Shown here piece by piece: positions 25,901 to 38,099 of a stretch of DNA of 64,000 nt. A model generated the notes under the pieces. The model was given only the letters and a program-made list of their open reading frames with translations, was not told the DNA's origin and searched no databases. Within the stretch, counting starts at the first letter, position 1. Each line of letters begins with the position of its first letter. Made by a program: the position numbers and the translations under genes. Location of the stretch: NCBI GenBank assembly GCA_030704615.1, contig CM060733.1, positions 44,268,001 to 44,332,000 of the forward strand, given 5' to 3'. Source of the stretch: Takakia lepidozioides. Its lineage: Eukaryota; Plantae; Bryophyta.

Positions 25901-26288
25901 CTTTCAGGTGGTATATCGACCCGGTCTAGTCAATCGGGATGCGGATGGGTTAAGTCGCAATCCATGCACGAGCCAGCAGGATGACACTGGAGCTTGGTGG
26001 CATGGTGAGACGGACGAGGAGATGGTGCCCGGATAGCATGCATCTGTATTACTGTGTATCTTGGCAGTAGAAGGCCAGGTTGGTCCTACAACAGGGATGA
26101 CTGTAGACCGAGTATTTGAGGACCCTGATGCCAGCATGAGCAAGGTGGCGCCAAAGATATACATGAGGATTCAGCTGTATTGGACTATCTCCGCACTGGA
26201 GACACGACAGCCACTGTGACTGCCAAGGAGAGGGATCGGATCCTACAATGAGCCAAGAGGTTCAAGTGGAGGGACACACCTGCTCCGA

Positions 26289-27574
26289 GTGTGGGAGGAT
26301 GGTCGAATGAGGATTGTGCCTCACCCAACACAGCGGACACGGTTAGTGCGGCATGCCTATGAGGAGTTGGGGCATTTTGGGGTGCGATGCACTCATAGTC
26401 TACTGCAGAGGCAGTATTGGTGGCGTGGTATGCACATAGAGATGCAACAATTTGTGGCTAGGTGCATGGTGTGTGACAGGGTGCGTGCTTCATTCAACGC
26501 CCCTACACCACAATTGCACCCTCTTCCGATCATGGGATTGGGCTACAGGTGGAGTCTTGACTTCGCAGGGCTATTGCCACTGACCATGCGCCACAACAAG
26601 TATGTGTTGGTGATGGTGGAGCATTTCTCCAAGTGGATCGAGTTGGTTCCATTGCCTGATAAGGCTAGTGAGGGAGCTGCGTATGCATTCTTGGATCGTG
26701 TACTTAGCCGATTTGGTACTCCAGCTGAGGTACTCACGGATCAAGGGAGAGAGTTTTTGGGGGAGTTTCAGGCATTGTGTGACAAGGCCTTGATAGACCA
26801 CCGCACCACTTCTCGGGATCATCCTGAGGCCGATGGCTTGGCAGAGAGGGTTGTGCAAACGGTTAAGAGGGGTTTGCAGAAGGGACATCTTGGATTCAGC
26901 TACCCTGGTTAGCCATGGGCTACAGGTTCAGCAAGCAAGCATCATTTGCCTCGTTCTCGCCTTATTTCCTTCTCTTTGGCCGAGAGCCAGATTTGTCTGC
27001 ATTTACTCGCAGGGAGGTTGCAGTAGTCCTCAATCTTGACGATCCGGACGTGTGGGCACGTGCATGTGGTCAGCGTGCGGAGTTGTTCAAGAAAGTCATG
27101 CCCATGGCTTTCAATAACCTTGCCATTGCACAACATCGTGATACGTTGAGGTATGTTATCATACGTGGTGGGGGCTATCGTCCTGGGGTTTGGAGATTTC
27201 ACCCTGGTGACTATGTTTATCTGCAGCAGACTGCTCCAACGACCCTGGATGTGATTGCAGGACGTGTTATTTTGAGGGTTCGAGAGGTATTGCCCTCAGG
27301 CGTCCTAATCTTGGAGGGTCGGGATGCCATGACTTGGAAGGACCATGTGCGTAATTGCGCGCCATGTCACCTTCCGAATGTCGATGGCAGGATTGATCCA
27401 AACCTGGCAGTGGTACCTGTAAGTTTGAGGTGCATGTTGTGTGGGTTTGCTAGAGTGGCAGTCACCATGCTGGTGTGTGATCGATGCTCTAGAGGTTGGC
27501 ATATGGGATGCTTGACTCTACCTCTTGAGATAGTTCCTGATGGGGATTGGTTATGTCCGCATTGCATTGGATAG
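26289..27574 (+). pseudogene. DDE integrase with C-terminal PHD finger, copy 1
   Basis: GH...C..C zinc domain, WSLDFAG, TDQGREF, DGLAERVVQT, SPYFLLFGR; C4HC3 finger CMLC...CDRCSRGWHMGC...GDWLCPHC. Confidence 0.93.
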
Positions 27575-27831
27575 TGGGAGTGAATACAACCATGGAAGGC
27601 TAACAAGAAATGTCAGGCCAAGCTACTAAGAGACCAACACACGAGATCCTGGCTCAAGTTCACAGATTGCAAGACGGCGACTAACGATGGGGCTACTCTT
27701 GTACTCGGCCTCTTGGTCTATAGAGTTTGAGTACAATAGGGACAGTGATAGAGGACTTAGTGAGGCTGTGGCTATTACCTCTTGTAGCTATCTGGAGTTA
27801 GAGAGACCTAACCACCAGCTAGGGGGGCGAT

Positions 27832-28295
27832 TGTGGCAGACTGATTTGTGTGTATGTATATGTTATGTGGTTTGGACAGCGATGTAGTTGTGTAGCGAGG
27901 TGTATGCGCACAACAGCTGTCAAGTAAAGTTGAAGTCCTAGTAGTGTGAAACTAGCCAATAAATAACTAGTTTTTATATATGACACTTGGGCTTGATCCA
28001 AGTGTCAACCCAGGGGTCAAGATATTTGTTGGCCCCTGGGCGTGGCTTATCTTCACGGCGAACGCGCGGTGAGGCTCATCTCTCTCAAGTTGAGGCTCCC
28101 GCGTCGGCTATGGCGCATGTACTGTTGATTCCCCAAAGCCTTGGGGGTGCAATGGGCTTGATTCTTATTTTATGAGTGAAATGTTGATTTGGTTTGGTTT
28201 GGTTTGGAAATCGTGGCAGACTGATTTGTGTGTATGTATATGTTGTGTGGTTTGGACAGCGATGTAGTTGTGTAGCAAGGTGTATGCGCACAACA
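27832..28295 (+). repeat. 3' terminal block B1-gc-A2-B2 of copy 1
   Basis: 84-bp B repeat at 27832-27915 and 28212-28295 flanks the second A repeat. Confidence 0.9.
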
Positions 28296-31200
28296 CCCCG
28301 AAAACTCCAAAAAATCATTGGATTGATACAAATCTCCTCCAAAATTCTTCAAACTTGGCCATACAATGCCTTGTGGTTTCTTTATAATCCCCACAAATCT
28401 GCAGGCCCATTGGATTCAACCATCAATCATGAAAAATATCCAAGCCGCAAATCCACGTGGAAACATAGTTTCAACGCGGAGTATATTTTTTGGTTGTAGG
28501 AAGATCGACGCTTGGGCATGAAACTCCTTCCATATCATCTTGCACCACCATTAGACACACACAAAAAAGTCCTCCCGAAACAGCGCTCAATAACGGCTTC
28601 GTCCTGTCGTTGAGGTCCTTCGCATAACAAAATCCTAGTCGACGACTACCGCTGGATAAAACCTCTTTTTGATTTTTATTAGAAGACTAAGACTCTTTGG
28701 AAGCTCATGGAATTGAATTCATCCACAAATACTTAGATAATCTATAGGAAAAAAGATACACTGCATGCAGTTTGCAACTTGCGATACTTCAGTGCCTGTT
28801 TGCTTGAGTGAACCTAAACACATGGGAACCCATGCTTGATCCCTGTCCATAGCGTGCTCGAGCGTGAAATCATGACCAAAAGTATGTGTGCCTCCAGCGT
28901 CCTCTTGAAATTGCATTGGAGCAACGTGAAAAATGATACCTGGAAAATTGCGAGACTACTGTCAACCGTTTCGTTTAAAATATAGCCCATCGGGTAGTTT
29001 GTCCTTGAGATCAAGCGCTCTTGGCTTGCCTTCATCTTGATAATGATCGGATGTTGAGGTTAGAAACATGCAGGCCGTTGCCTGCAGTCATATAACAGGC
29101 CCCTAGATGTTCGAACTTGGACAACTGAAATTGCACGCCTTCAACTGCTGCTCCTTGAAGGTACAGTAGTCATATAAACGCCTGAGCGTTTTTCATGGAC
29201 ATCACAGACCCTTCCATTTGTGGGCCATACCAGTAGTTGCGTCGATGTTTCACGATTTCTGTAACAAATGGTCCTGATTCTGCACTGTCTACGTACAACT
29301 TGACTATCATGGGGTCAAAAACACCCAAACAAAAATCCTCGCGTTAATTTATGCACCTACGTTGGCCATCATTGCCGCTACTTACCAGCACACGATTTCT
29401 GGCATGCCACGTCGCTAGTCAAGGGGCATGGATACCCATGCACCACCGATTTCCTGGACCTCCTCACGCTTGAAAAAATCCTGCATGCAGGCTATTTATT
29501 GGTTTGAGGCGCCATTTGCTGGAGCGTGTGGAGGACGACGGAGGACACATTTTCCATTCAGGGCCCACTTCCATTGGATGTCATCCCCCGAAGATACGCT
29601 GTGGATGAAAACGACGCAACCTCAAAAAAAAAAATCATTCGACTACTCTAGTGCGGATTATATGGGGAAGAGAGGGAGGCTACATCAGCCAAACTCTAGA
29701 TCCTTTGGTCGCTGTTCTAACGAACAATAATAATAGGAGACGTCCCGACGTCATGAAATGATCCTCACCAAGTTTGGGCATGTCATGTTGGACCTGGCAC
29801 CAAGAATCACGCACCTGAGTTTCCACTCACCCGCTTGAGATTTCTGATTGGAGGGTGATGTCAAAGTTAATCTGTTGTCAACAGTTACAGCAACAGTTGC
29901 CTCCATAAAGTACATGGCTAAAACAGGGAACTGCTTTCAATCCTGTGCCAACATCCTTGAACTTGACTAATGAATTGCCATTCAGTTCTTTACGATCACC
30001 AGAGCCTGGCCAGAAAGGTCAGGAACACCTTGCTCGAAACTTGGAACCTCCATTGTGGGTTGCTCATCAGATCGAGCAGCCTATACTTCCATTTCCCACC
30101 CGTGCACATCCTTGCCAGGTTGTCACTTACCTTTTCCTCGACGCGGTGTGCGTCAGCACTCCACTGGGAACTCGTTCCCAGTGCGGATGTAGTAGGCGAC
30201 CCGCTTCGTGTTGTGGCTGGTGGAAGCTACCGTGTGGCCGCGCTGGTGTTGGTGTGCAGTGCACTGCCCAATCCTCCTCCTCTCTGCGCGCACTGCAGCC
30301 ACACTGTCCCCCCAGACAGACAGGCGCTTGATTGCCCCCGGCCCCCACCTCTTCCTTCGCTCTCTTTCCACTCTCGTATGTGGGGAGTCAGCTGCTACCT
30401 ACATCCTTTCTGGGTTTTCTGGGGGAGTGAAGTTTATAGTTGTTTCGTTTGGCTCTCCGTTTGTGCGTCCTTTTACTGGGCATTGGTTGGCACTGCGGTT
30501 TTATAGCGTGTGGGATTTCCCATAGGTCATAGTATTTCTCGGCTTGTCTCCCAGCAAGATTCTAGTCCCCAGTTCCGTTTTGGCGACATATATTCATGTT
30601 TCGTTTCTCTTTTTCTGTGGGTTCTGGTTGAGTTGTCTCCGCTGTGCTCTTGGGGTGGGGCGTGGCGGAATATGTTGAGGAGGCTCAAGTGTTTGGAGAG
30701 GCGCTAAAGGGCAGACACGGAAGCTGACCTCTGTAAGCTTGTGCTTTTTTCTCCTCCTACTCTGTCGCCGGTATTATGGAAGTAAGAGTGTAGGGCTGGT
30801 TGGGTTCTGAATAGTCCGCTCACCGGTGTGTGGATAGATAGTGGAGAGGGAAAGTGATAGCACGAGAAAGAGGGGTGGAATTGAACCTGACGACGACTTC
30901 TTGGTATGTAGGAAATTGAAAGGTAGCTGTTCTAGAACAAAAGACTGTTCCTTGTAGATATTAGGATCTTGTTTGCACGGGTTTTGATCTAGACTGCATC
31001 CAATAGAGATTCTGAAATGAATCGTTGCTAAGAACGGTAGGTGTCGTGGAGCCGATATTGAGGTTTACAGGGCATTCAGTATTATGGACGTGGTTTTAAC
31101 GTACGAATTCCCTTTCTAGGTTTTACCTTGACTTGGCTGGTAATGGAGCTCCTTTCTAGAGAAACTCCTATGGCATTAGCCTGTGATGGTAACTTGGCTC

Positions 31201-31825
31201 TATAGTTTTCTTATACACTAAATCGCATGGAAGGGTTTTCATCTGGGAAAGAGGTTAGTGGAAAATAGTAGTTTAGAAAAGTTTCTGCAAGATGATCGAA
31301 TAGTTGAACAGCTTGTGTGGCTGTGCAAGGAAATGCTGAGGGTTAGGATTCACAGACAATGTACTCTCCTCTTGATTCACTCCTGCAAATAATTTAGATA
31401 TGATTAGGAAGGGGCCAGATGGCCAGGACAGGCTGCAGCTTTGAGAACGGCGCAGGTTCTCTGCAGGTTATGCTCTCTAAAGGTCTCTAGCATATGCTCC
31501 ATGATCCAGACACCTTGTATACCACAGTCGGAGGAATACATTGCAGTGCAAATCTTGTTCTAACTCACCTTGTACAGCATGATATGCCTTGTTATGATAA
31601 GCAAGGGGTCATTTATCTCCAATGCTGTACGTGATAAGTACTAAACCAACTTGCAGAACAAGCAGGTAGGTGGCACAGAGGCAGAAGGGATGCTAAGGAA
31701 AGCCTGCAGTTCTGAAATGAACTCCCATCACCATTCCCAGTGACAGCCCAGGAAGCTGACATAGGCGTGATCAGCAAGTGCTTTTTAAGCTGACAGTTCT
31801 ACTTTCTGCTTTGCAAGTGCACCGC

Positions 31826-33596
31826 ATGTATGGGGTGCGTATTCCTCCTGCTTTTTGGTCTTCACCCGATTGTGTCTCTCTTATTTCTTTATCAGCTCAG
31901 GTGGGGTCTTTCAAACAAGCTTGGTTGCCTCTCTCACTGCCTATCCTTGCCTTCTGTCCCCTGTCTTCTGTCCCAAACTCAAGGTTGGGTTGTGGATGTT
32001 TTATCAGTTGTCTGCATCTCTTGCTCAACATAAATGGGATACAATGGCAGAGTGCTGGCAACTGTATGGATTTTTTGGTCGAATGGAGTCTATCAGTGTC
32101 CCTAGGTTGTTTTTGGGTTGGTGGGGTGAGGTTAGGCCTCTATTGTATCTATTCCAACAGTTGATGGTTCGAAGGTTGGAAATATGGTCAGGGTACTGAT
32201 GTGACCTAGACCTTTTGTCACAACCTCTTATGACAAAGTGCGGGTGGGGTTGTGGGATGATGTGGACATGGACTTGCATGCATGCGTTTGCAACAGAGCA
32301 GTGGTTGTGTTGGAGGTTGTGCCAAGCCGCCACCTCTAGCGACCACCGAGAAGGCTCCTCACAGGAAGCACAGGGGTTCCAAAAGGCGGATACGGGGCCA
32401 CGCAGCCCGTCCATCCAGGGATTGGTGGACTTCCAGCTCCAATGAAATGGACAATGAGAGTGTGCTGAGTTCTCGCTCTCAGCGAAACTCCTCGTTGGGT
32501 GGTGGCACCAACTTCACCCATGACAGCCGAGCTGCAGCCCACAGCAACAATAATGCCAACAACACAGCATTTGTTAACCACGGTAAGGCTTATTGGGGTG
32601 TCTAATCAGCACCATGGTTAAAGGGTTGAAGTCATTGTGTTGATGACAGTCTTATTAAGGAGAGAGCGGGGATTACCTCATGACCACTCAATAAATAGAT
32701 GGCCTTTCCTTGGATGCATAGGTTTCTCACCTCAGATCGAGGAGGTTTTGGTGTCACAAACCCAGTTCAAGTGGGAAACTTGTTGAGGCATCCATGCAAG
32801 GGTGAGACTTTGTCTTTAATAAAGAAGTACCGTTTGTCAATGAGCTGTGAGGAGTGGTGTGTGCAGCTTTAATGTTGTGGAATGAGCAGCGGCAGGAGTG
32901 GGTGGGCAACCGACCACGTCATCGACCAGTACAACCCCGTGAACCTGTTATCAGGTTTGCCTCTCCTTATTCCTGCACTTTGATATGGGCATATTGGTGC
33001 TTTGACCATGAGAGCTAGTGGTTGATTTGGTAGTAGTCTTGCAATTGAAGGAAGACAGTAGGCAGGCTACTGATTGTTTTGAGTTGGAAATATGTTGCAG
33101 CTGGAGTACAACCTACGAAGACTTGCTTGCCACCAGCCGGCCATTCCCTCAGCCAGTGCCGTTAACTGTATGTTCTGTCTTTCTCACTACTAGCTTCAAG
33201 CCTTTTCTCCTCTTATTTCATAATTGTAATCTTTCCTTGCATATACTTGCCAGTTTGAACTAGAGGTAGCTCTTCACATGTTGCCTTGGGTCGTATGGTC
33301 TTCCCAAGATTCAAAACGGAGAGTCAGGGGCTACCTAAGATTATTTGTTTGGTGCAAAACTAGCTCTGCTGTGGTAATCTTACAGATGGGGCTAGCAGCT
33401 GACCTGCATTTGCATGATATATGATTAGGTGGGGCTCTACCTTTCTTATTGCCAATTGATATCAGTGATGATGGAGCTTTACCGATGATCATCAGCTTCA
33501 TCTATAGTACACCATCCTTACCAGGGAATTTCTTGTGTGCAGGAAATGGTTGACTTTCTGGTGGACGTGTGGGAGCAAGAGGGTCTGTATGAGTAA
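31826..33596 (+). CDS. Conserved plant DUF4050 (Gag1-like clamp) family protein
   Basis: Exons ~32297-32582 (GCVGGC...WWTSSSNEMDN...FVNH), 32867-32954 (LMLWNEQRQEWVG...REPVI), 33101-33167 (WSTTYEDLL...PFPQPVPL) and 33543-33596 (EMVDFLVDVWEQEGLYE*) splice in frame with GT-AG. First exon uncertain. Confidence 0.85.
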
Positions 33597-34409
33597 AATC
33601 TGGAGGTCCTGATGAAGATATTGGATGGTCGAATTGGCAACCCAATCAGGGTCGGGGCTCGATCGAGATGGCCAAAAAGCTTACGAAGTGGTACATCAAC
33701 TTGATCCAAATAGATGCAGGGACAACGAATAGTCAGAATTCCTCCGAGTGTTCACTTGCAGGCACGTGAATTTTGTTAGTCACTGGCATGTCTGTTCAAT
33801 AGCAGGGAACCGGTACTCACTTCACAAATTGGTGGTCAGCTTCAAACGCCTAGGCCTCCTTTATTTGGGCAAAATGATAATCCCTGCTGGAAGAATACCT
33901 GTGTGGAGACTGACAGAGTCATGTTTACATACTGAGCACCCTCTTTCCCTTGATTCCAATATTTGAGAGCACAATCATAGTCCCCGAAGTTGTCTCTCCA
34001 AGTATGTCTGAATTTTTTTTTCAGGATGGTTTCTGAAGGATGTTTTGGAAGATTCTTTTGAAGTTGCACATGGAAGGTATCCAGGGATGATGTGCTGCAG
34101 CAACAAGGGCTAGCCATAGAGTCATGAGTTCTCCAGGTGATTAGTGTAGCTACATTTTTGTCAACTTGTTTGTATTTTGTGTGTCCTCCTAAAACTGGAT
34201 CATAAACTAGATTTGCATTCAATCCAGTAATCCATGATGGAGATTTGGATAGTTGAACAGAAAAGCTGATACTGAATACTACGTTCTAATGAGAAGTATA
34301 GGCCCTGTCAACCTCTTGTATATTTCTATCAAGTAGTTTGAGAGCTGCAACGGAAGTAGAAACTTTGTGGCAGCCGGCAGTAACCATAGTAAGATAAATT
34401 AGGAGGTTG

Positions 34410-34545
34410 TTTTTCTCTTTTTTATTTTATTTTAAAGGGAAACAACTGAGCGGGAGAAAAGTATACCACACCCCTCGAGTAGCAGGATTTGACCCCAGAA
34501 TCATCTAGGTGGTATTCAGTGCACTAACCAACTGAGCTACTGACT
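34410..34545 (-). mobile_element. tRNA-derived SINE-like element or tRNA pseudogene
   Basis: Minus strand reads gtagctcagttggttag (A box) ... ggtcaaatcc (B-box-like), then an A-rich tail. No intact cloverleaf. Confidence 0.55.
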
Positions 34546-37500
34546 GTATTTCTTGAAGCCACCCTAGAACAAAACATGCACGCACTGGTAAGCTATTAAC
34601 AAGACAAAAACTTGGAATTGCATGATTTTTTTGTGCATGTCTCATTAGTCAAGTTCAGTGAATGACAAGAAACACAGATGTCACCAAAACCATGACTAAA
34701 TGTAATTCCTCATGAATTTCAGTTTGAGAAGTCCACACTACTCCACCAACGATCTGCAAATTCGAATGCCATCACAGCTCCAATCTTCCAGATGATGATA
34801 TGAGAATCCAGCAGACTTCTCTTTCACTCTGGTACTTCTTTAAAAAGCCTCAAATGGCGTATGTCTACTATTGTCATCCTAAGACAATCCAGCCAAACAT
34901 AAGCAAAAATTGGTCAAATCATTGTCAGAGCTACAGCACTTCTAAATTGTTTGGAGTTTCTGTATACAGTGAAGGGAACCTTATATCTTCAGTTGCTGAA
35001 AAAAGAATACACCAAGCACCTTGCAGGAGCCACATAGCTTGGCAGATTCAGCTGAGTGGCAGGCTGTAAAGCCCCATATTTGCTTAGCCTAGAAATTGCC
35101 CGTTTCATCCAAAACGGCGATACACATCCATAGTATATTCTTTGGGCGTATAAAGCCGTTAAACCGTTACAGTGATATCTAGGTTAGGGTTAGTTTTGGC
35201 TGGTGGCTCGATCCTGGCCCTTCATCGGATCCAGGGCTACAAGGTGGCGCCGTGGGCTTTGGCTTGTGACGCCTCGCCACGCAGCGGGCCACTAAAGCTA
35301 GGGCTTTTGTATAAAGACGGCGCCCTGACACAAGGTCAGGGCGGTGTACTCAGGTGTTAGTGTATATGTGATTTTGGTGTACAAGCTTTGGATGAGAGCT
35401 ACTTTGTGTCAGATCCGTGTGTTTGATCCTCCTCTCGCGCGTTGCTTGCTCTTTCTGCTCGCCCCTTTGTTGTGCAACCTTGCTTCTTGAGAGGAAAGGA
35501 GTATATGCTTCAGGCTTGTTTTATGGTGGAGAGAAGCCGGGTACCATAGGCGTTGGTGGATCTTGCCCGCGCTGTCAGGGTCAGTTAGGTTTTTTTCGCG
35601 GGATCTGCTCTACATCCTGCTGCCTAAGTGGTTTGCTAATGCGTATTATCAATGGCGGCTCCTCGCCTTGTCATATTTTCTCCTGCTGTTGCGATATTGC
35701 TGTCTCACGATGCGCGTTGGGTGTGATTGCAGGGGATGGCTGTCGTTCGTGACTTTGTATTGTGTAGCTCGCAGAGAGGGGGAGAGCCTCTTTCTTCAGA
35801 TTAGTGTGGCGCTTACTGTTGAAGCTAATCCTAGTGTGGAGACTGACCCTGCTACCACTTCCCATTCTGCTGGTGTTGTTATTGTTGCTCCTCCCGTTGT
35901 TAAAGCCAACCCTGTCGTTTCTCACCCTGCTGACGTTCTTGCTGTTGCTAACACTACCAACAGCGTGCGGCCTGGCAGTGTTGCCTTGCTAGCGTCGCTA
36001 CTTCCTGAGCCTATTGCTTGCATTCCAGCCCTTGTTGTTTCATTGGGTTCTCCTGGTGGTAGTGATTATGACATTTTAGATGAGGCAGAGGCGTGGTTGC
36101 CAAGGTTTGAGAAATCTGACAGCTCTCTAGATAGTTGTGACCCGGAATACTATAATTTTGACAACTTTGTTGATCTGGGCCCTGAATATTTCGAGAGTAG
36201 GCAGCAAGCTGCAGAGTTAGAGAGGGATATCGAGTTGTCGCAGGAAGATGATTTGTTGTGTGAGATATGTGACGAGGATCAGCTTTGGTTTGAGCATATA
36301 GAAAGAGCTGTCGTGGGTGACCTTGCTGCATTAACCAGTCATCACGAGGCCCTGTTCACGCGACCTTTGCTTGAGCCTGGTGCGGTAGTGTCAAGAGCCA
36401 GACAGCTTGCTAGGCGAGAATTTGAGTTACGCAACGAAGAACGTCTACCGTCCAGAACGATCAAGTCACGTTTTCTGCACCATTGCGAATTAACCTGGTT
36501 AGAAGTTGGTTTGTATTTACCTCTTTCTGGTGTTCGAAGTGCGGAGCTTCATCATGGCCCTAATGTGGTAGGGTGAAGTTGGTTGTCGTTAATGTTACAA
36601 GGCACGGGGGCTTTGATCTTGGGCACTACGGTTTCAACTCCGGCCTTGCGCCTTGGCGCCTACTTACTCACAGTTGGTTGATGGTTTGAAGGGTGGGGCC
36701 TTGATAGTGCAGTCGTCTGATCTAGTAATCTTGGGTGTGGGTACTACCTTTGCTTCACAGCGAGTGGTTCACCCGAGTACGTTTGAGAGATTGAGTGACT
36801 ATTCAAACTCGGCTGTGCTTTCGCGCACATGGAGAGAGGGTGACACAACCCGCGTTGGTTTTTGGCTTAAGGGAGTTGACGGTTGGGAATGGCTAGCATT
36901 GGGGGTCTACGAGTTGCAGTCGCACAAGGTGCGAGGGTGGTATATTGTTCCACTTGGGTTCCAGAGGACAGCTTGCCAAGTGTTCGGCCCACTCTCCATA
37001 TCCCTGCTGCTTAAAGGTTATGCTTCCAATCCAACTTTGTTTCTTGCATGCTAGGTGATTCTAGAACTACTTGGTTGAGATCCGGAAGACAGAGGTCCAT
37101 GAATAGTTCAGGAGAGCCGCTGGCCGAAAGTGTAGTAAAGATGAATGAGGGATCGGACGACCTGCATGAAGGTAATTGCATGGTGAGTGATGATGAATTT
37201 TTTGAATGCTTGGACAATGGGAGCAGTTGTAGAGTCCCCAACTGGTATTACATTGGTAGATGAGGGGTTTGGGATAGCCAACCTCGAGGGTCTTTCTGTT
37301 TATGATCGGAGTGATGAGGCTTTGGTGGCTGGACGAACCGAGCCTACGCTGGCTCGGGAATCAAACGGTCTGCCCTCCCATCCTGTTCATGTTCAGGGGG
37401 TGGACGGGTCTAGTTCGGATGTTGGGGCTACTATGAGCGGTATGCCGGCCCAAGTAACGAGTCTAATGCATGTGCCTATGATTAGCCTCCCTAATCCCAC

Positions 37501-38099
37501 TCTCGGGGGAAGGACTAGCTCTTTGAATTCGAGTTTTGCATCCGAGTGCTGTCCCTTTGTTGAATGTCTCCGGTCTTGCTGTGGGTGGGGGGGCAATAGC
37601 ATCAGTGCCCTCCACCTCCTTTGTTGGTCATGCAAGTTGTGTGGGAACTCTTCTTGTTCAACAGATGGGGGAATTGCCACGAACTGCAGCTAATTAGGTT
37701 ATGGATACACATGCTAGCAATGTCAATACAGTCCCTGTTTATGCTAGCAATTTAAGCTCTAGAACAGCTCATATGGTGGGAGTGATGTCCACTCCTCCCA
37801 TGAGTGGTGTGCCATAGCCCCACCTACAGTCAGTCTACCCAGCTGCTCAGTCAAATGTGGTGTCATATGCCCTTCCCATGGGCATGCGGGCACCACATGC
37901 AAGTCTGTCATCCTCTAGTATGGGACCAGCCATTAGTGGAGTTAATCAAAGTACTGCGTCTGCTGTTAATTCTATACATGCTGCCAATACCTCTTTTGTT
38001 CCTACTCAAGCCACTGTTCCCTGTTGTGTTGTCATGCTTCTGTTCTTCCTGGGCACATAAACCACAGTCTGCCTTGTCATCTGATCCCTCAGCTCACCA

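Larger units (their letters stand above)
16871..28295 (+). mobile_element. Ty3/gypsy retrotransposon copy 1 carrying DNMT3-like methyltransferase and PHD finger, with split terminal repeats
   Basis: Order gag-PR-MTase-RT-RH-IN. Repeats A1 16871-17158, B1 27832-27915, A2 27918-~28195, B2 28212-28295. Flanks gccc/cccc (4-bp TSD with one mismatch). Purine tract agggggg at 27821. Confidence 0.92.

Noticed and set aside
16871-28295. Classification as DIRS/Ngaro because of split repeats and a methyltransferase
   Set aside because: No tyrosine recombinase seen; a DDE integrase, protease, PPT and TSD are present; the MTase is C5-type, not the DAM-like type of DIRS.
35172-35560. 5' LTR of the dUTPase retroelement
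   Set aside because: No second copy, PBS or TSD could be identified in the window.
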